Part shown: positions 58,050-64,000 of the stretch, in pieces | How positions within the stretch are numbered: position 1 is the stretch's first letter | Layout of the letters: the number at the start of each line of letters is the position of its first letter | IMG/VR virus record: IMGVR_UViG_3300027969_000058 | Location: 50,736-114,735 of that record | Direction: 5' to 3' (one strand) | Length of the DNA stretch: 64,000 bases | From: a virus | The notes under the pieces: generated by a model | Seen by the model: the letters and a program-made list of their open reading frames with translations, nothing else | Databases searched by the model: none | What the model was told of the DNA's origin: nothing | Made by a program: the position numbers and the translations under genes

Positions 58050-58078
58050 ATTATACAACGGATCTTGATCCCTGTCAA
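58050..58078 (-). promoter_or_regulatory. Consensus sigma70 promoter
   Basis: TTGACA-N17-TATAAT. Confidence 0.85.
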
Positions 58079-58099
58079 CAATTATCTCAGCCAAACAGC

Positions 58100-58930
58100 T
58101 TAATCTACTGCGGGAATTGGGCAACGTAGATCTATTTGACTAACCCTATTGGCTATACGAACTTCATCAAAATAAGCAACCTGTGTGGGCATTGGCGCAC
58201 CGTGTCTACTGACAAAACTGCGATAGATACCATATTTAAAGTAAAAGTAATCAGGATCCCAAGTTACCACAGGCGATGCTATGTCTGCTTTGACTTGGCC
58301 ATTAACCCATACTTTGAGCTTGCCAGTACGGCTGTTAGTGTCAATTTCAAACTGTACATCTGTCCACTTGCCCTGCATGTCTGCCAGCTTGGCCAAGGGC
58401 CAATATTCGCACTTGTCCACTACATTGTTAATGTCACCTGTGAGTCTGTGTATGCACATTTGATACTGCCCGTTCCACAGTTCAAATTGCAGTAAGGGGC
58501 CATTCTTAAACCAGGCCTTTTGGTGCAGTTGACCCAGGGTGGTCTTTACTATGGGGCTGTCTTGGAACCCTGGCTCAAGATACACACTCCAGCTGATGGC
58601 TGTTTGGCTGGCTGGACGTATTTGTGCATCAGTGACCCATTCACTGCGTTCTCGATCTTGCTGGCAATCACTCCATGTGGCGTCAGCTGAACAGTCACCT
58701 GGGCGTACTTCGTAGCGTTGGGCTCGGGTACCCATGCGTACAGGTGTAGTGACTTGAGCCCACCCCCATGCTGTGTCACTGAGACTACGGCGCCCGGGAG
58801 CGGCCCAGCTTTGGCTGGTAGGCTCGCATACTGCTTTTGCTTCGGCCTCGCTGATAGCTGAACCCCCACCACCCCCACAGGCCTGCAGGGCTATGGCCAG
58901 GGCCACAATGGTAAACTTAGGCTTTAACAT
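58100..58930 (-). CDS. Lipoprotein polysaccharide lyase (heparin lyase I/PL-like jelly roll)
   Basis: Lipobox LQAC; EVRPGD, DRERSE, LGQLH, YFKYGIYR, YFDEV. Confidence 0.8.
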   Translation of the reverse strand: MLKPKFTIVALAIALQACGGGGGSAISEAEAKAVCEPTSQSWAAPGRRSLSDTAWGWAQVTTPVRMGTRAQRYEVRPGDCSADATWSDCQQDRERSEWVTDAQIRPASQTAISWSVYLEPGFQDSPIVKTTLGQLHQKAWFKNGPLLQFELWNGQYQMCIHRLTGDINNVVDKCEYWPLAKLADMQGKWTDVQFEIDTNSRTGKLKVWVNGQVKADIASPVVTWDPDYFYFKYGIYRSFVSRHGAPMPTQVAYFDEVRIANRVSQIDLRCPIPAVD

Positions 58931-59255
58931 GTTTACAGTCTCCTCTGTATGTGTACCCTGGGCAGGTACAGGTTTTCTCTGTTGTGTTGACAAAATACAC
59001 TTGGCCCTTTGAGCCCTGTACTTCTACTACGTCACTGGGTGTGAGCACATTGAATGACCCTGTGAACTGGGCTGAGTCCACGGGTTCAAACTTACGTCCC
59101 GAGCGGCTGATGGTGATGGGCTTCTTAAACCAAAAGGGCTCTGTGGTACCCAGACGTATATAAGCCAGCATCTTGTCGCCACTGAGCAGGTAGGTGTGGT
59201 TCACTTGGGTAGCACCATCGGTCCATTGGGTTATTTCTTTGAAGGCCTGTTCCAT
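58917..59255 (-). CDS. SWIM zinc-finger protein
   Basis: GSKGQVY.V, CTCPGYTYRGDCKH. Confidence 0.8.
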   Translation of the reverse strand: MEQAFKEITQWTDGATQVNHTYLLSGDKMLAYIRLGTTEPFWFKKPITISRSGRKFEPVDSAQFTGSFNVLTPSDVVEVQGSKGQVYFVNTTEKTCTCPGYTYRGDCKHVKA

Positions 59256-59449
59256 TACCACTGCTCCCCACGTTGGCGGCGAATGATGGCCTCGTTCTGC
59301 ATGTTGGGTAACTGTTGCCAAGTCTCACCACAGCGTATGCAGGGGTCATAGGGTTTGTAGCCCATACTTTGCTTTTTTACTGCATAGTAGAACTCAGGGC
59401 TGGCACAGCCTGTGAGCAGGGTCACGATGATTAAGTATATAATACGCAT
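59255..59449 (-). CDS. Small lipoprotein
   Basis: Lipobox LTGC; CIRCGE. Confidence 0.7.
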   Translation of the reverse strand: MRIIYLIIVTLLTGCASPEFYYAVKKQSMGYKPYDPCIRCGETWQQLPNMQNEAIIRRQRGEQW

Positions 59450-59453
59450 GATA

Positions 59454-60041
59454 TTAATGGCGTGTTATGCCCAGAGTGATTCTGCCCGGTGTTCGACCGT
59501 GCTCTTTAACAAACTGATTGCCTTTGTAAGCATGACAGCACTTGCAGAGGGTTTGAAAATTGCTGGGCTTATCGTTACTGGGGTTTTCATCTATGTGATC
59601 CACATCTAACATACCGCTCCAAGCTATGGTAGTGGTACATACAAAACCCAGTCTGCCGTCCTGATTCTCGCAATGGTCTTTGCGATATTGCCGATAAGGA
59701 TGTCGACTGTTAACATAGTCAGCATGGGAGGTGAATCCTGCTTTGTGTGCCACTACGTCGTCGATGTTTCTAATCCAATCTGCGCCTGTTTTCTCTGCGT
59801 AGCGTTTGGCTGTGCGCTGATGATGACACTGACTGCAGACTGTTCTATACACAGGCTCTCCTGAAGTCCAGTGCCAATCCTGTACCGCTCGTTCGTTTGA
59901 ACAGCCTTCTTCAGAGCAACGGGGGTGAACCATACTGCTATAAACCCTGTGTGGCTTCCTGGGTGTGCCCTGTGCAAGAGCAATTTCTCGGGCTGTGTTG
60001 TGCCCAAATTGATTGAGTTCTCTAATAGTATAGCGAGCCAT
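59454..60041 (-). CDS. HNH endonuclease with Zn-binding motifs
   Basis: CSQCH, LDVDHIDENPSN..SNFQTLCKCCH. Confidence 0.85.
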   Translation of the reverse strand: MARYTIRELNQFGHNTAREIALAQGTPRKPHRVYSSMVHPRCSEEGCSNERAVQDWHWTSGEPVYRTVCSQCHHQRTAKRYAEKTGADWIRNIDDVVAHKAGFTSHADYVNSRHPYRQYRKDHCENQDGRLGFVCTTTIAWSGMLDVDHIDENPSNDKPSNFQTLCKCCHAYKGNQFVKEHGRTPGRITLGITRH

Positions 60042-60071
60042 AAAGTCCCTTTGTGTGTTAGTGTAGTGTTT

Positions 60072-60109
60072 ATTATAACAGTTATCCCGAACTCAGTCAA
60101 CTATAAATA
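60072..60109. promoter_or_regulatory. Divergent promoters: sigma70 (minus) and TATAAATA (plus)
   Basis: TTGACT-N17-TATAAT at 60100-60072; TATAAATA at 60102-60109. Confidence 0.75.
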
Positions 60110-60150
60110 ACCCATATGACAACCAAAATTAACCCGATATTCAAAACAAC

Positions 60151-61005
60151 ATGATACATGCTTTTGGCTGCAGTTTTACACGCTATCAATGGCCCACATG
60201 GGCAGACTTACTCAATCAAATAGAACCCTGTGTTAACTACGGCAGCCCGGGCACGGGCAACAAGGCCATATATACCCGAATGGCCAATGCTCTGTTCACG
60301 GGTAAGATCACACAGGGAGTAGATCGAGTTATCATACAGTGGACAGGCCATACACGCTATGATCTTTGGCTGGGTCCAAAACAGTGGCAGCAGTTGGGCA
60401 ATGTGTGGAATCAAACAGGAGACAGCCCTGTGACCAGTGCGTTTCTACAGCATTTGTGGAGTGACCAAGACGCACTGATACAGACTCTGATATTGGTACA
60501 GTCAGCGGCTCTGCTACTTAACTATCACAAAATAGCCTATCACTTTGTGTTTATGAATAACCTGCGCAGTTTCACTTTGGAAACGGGTAATCACAGCCTT
60601 GGACCCTATCCTGATCTCTTAGATCCACACTGGCAGAACTTTGACAAGTTAAATCGCAGTGAACTCAGCATGACAGACTGGGTCAAGCAGAGCAGAAAAA
60701 CACGGAAACCCTGTTTGTGGCAGTGGGACAAACACCGTCCTGCAAGCGATGATCTACACCCAGAACCCTGGGAAGCCTACACTTATGCAAAGAAAGAGTT
60801 GGGCTCTGTGCTGAGATGGCAACCTGAGCAATGGCAGCAACTGGCCACTATAGCAGAGCAATGTCAACAGGAACTACGGGAGTACAATGCTGAGAATCCT
60901 CAGTGCTTGATGTACGTAAACAAGAATAACCTTAACTACTATCCCGGAGCTCCTATATATAAAGAAGGTCATATCAAATATCTACGTGATCAAGAGCTGA
61001 TCTAA
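60151..61005 (+). CDS. SGNH-hydrolase-like protein
   Basis: FGCSFT, NYGSPGTGN, IIQWT..R, DLHP. Confidence 0.7.
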   Translation: MIHAFGCSFTRYQWPTWADLLNQIEPCVNYGSPGTGNKAIYTRMANALFTGKITQGVDRVIIQWTGHTRYDLWLGPKQWQQLGNVWNQTGDSPVTSAFLQHLWSDQDALIQTLILVQSAALLLNYHKIAYHFVFMNNLRSFTLETGNHSLGPYPDLLDPHWQNFDKLNRSELSMTDWVKQSRKTRKPCLWQWDKHRPASDDLHPEPWEAYTYAKKELGSVLRWQPEQWQQLATIAEQCQQELREYNAENPQCLMYVNKNNLNYYPGAPIYKEGHIKYLRDQELI

Positions 61006-61205
61006 AACACAGTTAGATAATCCGCATAACATAACAGCAGCCAAGTAATGTGCTTATTGGGCTCTGCTTCAATACGCCAACACCAATATGAATCTCCTAC
61101 ATGTATATAGGGACCGGGATACATCACTATGTCATTGAGTTGACAATAGCGATAGATGCTGTCAATAACGGGACTGTGGCTGTCAAGAGTAACGCATATA
61201 CGCAT
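61002..61205 (-). CDS. Small protein, possible distant FxLRW paralog
   Basis: MRICVTL...ITWLLLCY; TAAATA at 61214-61219. Confidence 0.55.
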   Translation of the reverse strand: MRICVTLDSHSPVIDSIYRYCQLNDIVMYPGPYIHVGDSYWCWRIEAEPNKHITWLLLCYADYLTVF

Positions 61206-61243
61206 AGTATGATTATTTACTGTATATACAGCATATTGAGCAT

Positions 61244-61326
61244 AGGCCCCGCTGTGTGTATATAGACTACAGTAGAGCAAGGCCCCGCTGCGCGGTCTGC
61301 ACAGTTTGGGCCCACAGGCCCCGCTG
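61244..61326 (+). repeat. Three 11-bp direct repeats with exact 36-bp period
   Basis: AGGCCCCGCTG at 61244, 61280, 61316. Confidence 0.9.
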
Positions 61327-61610
61327 CGAGTGTCCGTAGCCACGAAGTGGACAGCGCAAAAAAGTTTTTTAGGTGGCCCCTGATAGAGTATTCACTGTAT
61401 ATACAGTATAGAACCAGAGTGGCGCCAGGATTGAGAGGGGATTACTATAAGCGTGTGTGTTTTTTTGGCTGTGTTGTGCGGGGTTTTAAGATGGGTTTTG
61501 ACTATTTGAACTATGCCTCTCTGCCCCAGCCGTCTCAAAAATTTTTTACTCTAAGCCACGCCATCCTGATCTTATGATTTGACTCTAAATCAAGGATTCG
61601 TTGCACAATT

Positions 61611-61731
61611 TTGCACTTTGTCACACTTTTCCACAGAATCTTGACTCATCAACCGCACTCGTTCACGCTACAGCGTAGGCCATGGGATCTAAATTGCACT
61701 TTTGGCCATTCTACTTGCACTTTGTCACACT
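61611..61731 (+). repeat. 17-bp direct repeat with partial copies
   Basis: TTGCACTTTGTCACACT at 61611 and 61715; TTGCAC also at 61601 and 61694. Confidence 0.85.
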
Positions 61732-61837
61732 GTGTCTAATATAGTAGACATTGCCGTCACTGTGTATGGTATACTGTACATTCACGGCGGTCTCTGTGCT
61801 TGGTCTGCTATATACAGTATATGGACCGGGAGTCATA

Positions 61838-62062
61838 ATGATCAATAACCTTGCACACATCCGCTATGGTCAACACAGTGTACACTTAGCTAAGAACACT
61901 GAGACTGGCAGTATAGTCTGTTTTAAGTATAATGATCGACGCTGTGACTTACGTGTATTTGACCGAGACCAAAGTGATCAATGTGCTGAGTACATGCTAC
62001 AGTCAATACCTGCTTTTGGATGGGGTTTTGTTGAGGATTCCGAAGCAGAAAACACAGAATAG
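61838..62062 (+). CDS. Hypothetical protein (74 aa)
   Basis: GGAG RBS before ATG 61838. Confidence 0.55.
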   Translation: MINNLAHIRYGQHSVHLAKNTETGSIVCFKYNDRRCDLRVFDRDQSDQCAEYMLQSIPAFGWGFVEDSEAENTE

Positions 62063-62109
62063 GGGCCGGCGGTAATACTATCGTTTGCAATTTTTTCGGC
62101 TGTTTTCTA

Positions 62110-62240
62110 TGTGGATAACTCTGTGGATAACTTTTCGCTGTTGTTTTTTCGCCACAGTGGATAACCTGTGGATAAGTTCTGAGATTTAAAGTTATCCACA
62201 GCCAAAATGTTGTCCACAGGTTATACATCAGTTATCCACA
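62110..62240. promoter_or_regulatory. DnaA-box cluster
   Basis: Perfect TTATCCACA/TGTGGATAA at 62110, 62122, 62167, 62192, 62232; one mismatch at 62156, 62210. Confidence 0.88.
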
Positions 62241-62294
62241 GCTGAAAACACAGGCGCTGTCGCCGTCCACCCCCACCTTGTTCGAACAGTCTTT

Positions 62295-62323
62295 ATTATA
62301 CTGTCTTTTGGGCGAACCGTCAA
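62295..62323 (-). promoter_or_regulatory. sigma70 promoter firing toward the DnaA boxes
   Basis: TTGACG-N17-TATAAT. Confidence 0.8.
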
Positions 62324-62370
62324 CCGATTCAGAGAGACCCTACACAGAGAGTGTGTTCTTTTAGCCACAG

Positions 62371-62399
62371 TTGACGAAAGTGTGTTTTGGCTGTAAAAT
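62371..62399 (+). promoter_or_regulatory. sigma70 early promoter
   Basis: TTGACG-N17-TAAAAT. Confidence 0.75.
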
Positions 62400-62421
62400 T
62401 AGGGCTTAAAACAAGGAAACT

Positions 62422-62571
62422 ATGTACGCAATCGTTAACATTAATACTAAAGCTATTAACTATTATACAACCGAAAATGCCGCTTCAGAAGCGTGTCGCG
62501 TATACAATGTATTACCGGGCCATAAAGTTTATATTATAGACTTTACATTATCATTAATCGAACAGTTATAA
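62422..62571 (+). CDS. 49-aa early protein
   Basis: MYAIVNINTKAINYY...; AAGGA RBS. Confidence 0.65.
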   Translation: MYAIVNINTKAINYYTTENAASEACRVYNVLPGHKVYIIDFTLSLIEQL

Positions 62572-62582
62572 AAAGGATTATC

Positions 62583-62732
62583 ATGTCAGAAACTATTACT
62601 ACAAAAGATAAACTCACCAGTTTAATGTTGCAAATGCAAGACATTATCATGGAGGATTATGAAGATAATGAAGATATTCAAAATGCATTTAATGCGCTTG
62701 CAAGTGCATTTGATTATTATATAGAAGATTAA
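62583..62732 (+). CDS. 49-aa acidic early protein
   Basis: MSETITTKDKL...MEDYEDNEDIQNAF...YYIED; AAGGA RBS. Confidence 0.65.
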   Translation: MSETITTKDKLTSLMLQMQDIIMEDYEDNEDIQNAFNALASAFDYYIED

Positions 62733-62787
62733 TATTATCTAATAATACTGTGTGGCGTTAAAGCCACACAGCGAGTGCGGTCTGGGG

Positions 62788-62816
62788 TTGACGTTTTGGG
62801 CCCGTAGTGCTATAAT
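62788..62816 (+). promoter_or_regulatory. sigma70 early promoter
   Basis: TTGACG-N17-TATAAT with extended TG. Confidence 0.85.
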
Positions 62817-62839
62817 AGACACATAGTAAGGAGAGAGCG

Positions 62840-63163
62840 ATGACAAGACGTACACCCAGATCAGATTGCAACTACATCATCTACGCTATGACCAGCGAGC
62901 GGGGTGATTCGTACATTGGCTTGACACGTAAGGCTTTGCCAAACGCAGACAAGGTTGTAGCAGAGCGTTGGCGCAAGCACAAGAGCCGTGCTCGTAACGA
63001 GAACCGCTTGTGGGCCTTGTACATCTACTTGAAGAGCGGCGGGCTTGACATGAACTGGACACACGAGATCATTGCCATTGTGCGTGGTCGTGCTGAAGCT
63101 TATGCTTACGAGCGTGAGCTGGTCAAGTTGATCAAGCCCGAATTGAACGATCAGTACTTATAA
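62840..63163 (+). CDS. GIY-YIG nuclease-family protein
   Basis: IIY...YIGLT, RWRKH, ERELV, PELN. Confidence 0.8.
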   Translation: MTRRTPRSDCNYIIYAMTSERGDSYIGLTRKALPNADKVVAERWRKHKSRARNENRLWALYIYLKSGGLDMNWTHEIIAIVRGRAEAYAYERELVKLIKPELNDQYL

Positions 63164-63171
63164 CCCTACGG

Positions 63172-63200
63172 TTGACTGGGTTATAGGTTTCTGCTATAAT
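63172..63200 (+). promoter_or_regulatory. sigma70 early promoter
   Basis: TTGACT-N17-TATAAT with extended TG. Confidence 0.85.
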
Positions 63201-63228
63201 TGACACATAGACACACAAAGGAGCTGAA

Positions 63229-63510
63229 ATGAAACAAGATTACACCATGTACATTTGGAAGGCAGACAAGCGCACCAAGTCGGGCGAGCGTTTGATCTCT
63301 ACTACAGTATGGACAGACCGTACTGCAGAAGGCATGAAGCGGGAGATCAACGGCCTGTATTGGCTCTATTTGCCTAAGGATGGCTACCGCTTTGAGTGTG
63401 TGCCCACAATGAAGACTGTGACCAACTTGATGTCGGGTGCGCAGATCCAAATCCCACATGACACACCACGTGCATGTGATCCATCAAGCGAACTCTACTG
63501 GAGCATGTGA
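63229..63510 (+). CDS. Conserved early protein
   Basis: KADKRTKSGER, NLMSG, TPRACDPSSELYWSM. Confidence 0.75.
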   Translation: MKQDYTMYIWKADKRTKSGERLISTTVWTDRTAEGMKREINGLYWLYLPKDGYRFECVPTMKTVTNLMSGAQIQIPHDTPRACDPSSELYWSM

Positions 63511-63746
63511 TGTACCGTTATGTATGCCAGATGTATTACAAAGACAAACTGTATTCCGGACACTATTGGGGTGAGGAGTACAGTCGGGCCCGTGCCTGTA
63601 AAGAGATGATAGAACTATGCCGCTACAGTCCAGGCATGCGGTTTGTGTTGACAGACTATGCAACTGGTGCTATAATTAAGGCTATAGAACACGTTAAGAC
63701 TGACGTTACAAAATACACTAAGGAGCGACACTATGCGGTATTATGA
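63507..63746 (+). CDS. Hypothetical early protein
   Basis: GGAG RBS, overlaps upstream stop; contains internal promoter. Confidence 0.5.
   Translation: MMYRYVCQMYYKDKLYSGHYWGEEYSRARACKEMIELCRYSPGMRFVLTDYATGAIIKAIEHVKTDVTKYTKERHYAVL
63648..63676 (+). promoter_or_regulatory. Consensus sigma70 early promoter
   Basis: TTGACA-N17-TATAAT with extended TG. Confidence 0.85.
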
Positions 63747-64000
63747 TGAACTGGCTGTTTACGAACGCAACGGCTTTGATATTATTGTGGACAAGAGCTA
63801 TGAAGACATGGACCCAAAAGACTGTTTCGATGACGAGTGCTTCAACATTAAAGAAATGTATAGCGACATCGAGTGCGGGAACTTGGACTGGTTCATGCTC
63901 CGTGTCCGAGTTATGGTTGAGAACATCGAACTCAGCTCGGAGTTCCTGGGCGGATGCTTATACAAAGACCCCCGAGAAGTACTTACTGACGGAACAGCAG
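63733..64000 (+). CDS. Acidic early protein, truncated by window edge
   Basis: AAGGAG RBS; MRYYDELAVYERNGFDIIVDKSYED...WFMLRVRV...FLGGCLY. Confidence 0.75.
   Translation, partial: MRYYDELAVYERNGFDIIVDKSYEDMDPKDCFDDECFNIKEMYSDIECGNLDWFMLRVRVMVENIELSSEFLGGCLYKDPREVLTDGTA

Noticed and set aside
61244-61326. CRISPR array
   Set aside because: Repeat only 11 bp, three copies, no cas genes; kept as an unexplained periodic repeat.
61347-62228. ORFs 61347..61577(+) and 61923..62228(-)
   Set aside because: No RBS, atypical composition; the second just translates the DnaA boxes.
62110-62240. Bacterial oriC / host chromosome
   Set aside because: No dnaA, dnaN, gidA or rpmH nearby; both flanks are phage-like.
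1-64000. Stop-codon reassignment
   Set aside because: Standard code gives full-length genes; TAA, TGA and TAG all end plausible genes.
1-64000. tRNA or rRNA genes
   Set aside because: No cloverleaf/T-loop pattern recognised in intergenic gaps by eye; a tRNAscan run would confirm.

Overview
This window is part of a large lytic T4-superfamily-style (jumbo) myophage genome, not a bacterial chromosome (inference). It is densely coded, almost all on the minus strand up to ~61.2 kb. A mostly non-coding, repeat-rich zone with a DnaA-box cluster follows (61.2-62.4 kb), then plus-strand early genes behind strong sigma70 promoters. Contents in order: envelope/lysis genes, iscU/iscA, class Ia RNR (nrdA, nrdB, glutaredoxin), PAAR, a beta-helix fibre, an exonuclease, and a block of probable head-internal proteins including two Pol-beta-type nucleotidyltransferases and a KxDG protein. 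Next come a small plus-strand phasin-like cassette, a 2956-aa repeat protein, a 2260-aa fibre-like protein, 5-aminolevulinate synthase (hemA), a nuclease/lipase operon, ybaN, yqgE, an SGNH-peptidoglycan hydrolase, hldD, arrays of small paralogous ORFs, a PBP7-like peptidase, an MjaI-like endonuclease and a polysaccharide lyase. Two promoter classes are visible: TTGACN-N17-TATAAT (host sigma70) and TAAATA (T4-late-like). The host is probably a Betaproteobacterium (inference from gene families). Most interesting: (1) a phycobiliprotein-like CxRD helical insert and a blue-copper-like site in a virion protein, next to a late-promoter hemA, suggesting pigment/cofactor-loaded virions; (2) a canonical A_AAA_AAG + hairpin -1 frameshift fusing two head-region genes; (3) a DnaA-box cluster at the strand switch; (4) probably capsid-packaged nucleotidyltransferases; (5) a solitary CTAG-family endonuclease in a genome where I found no CTAG in the ~19 kb checked by eye. 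All family assignments come from motif recognition, not database searches.
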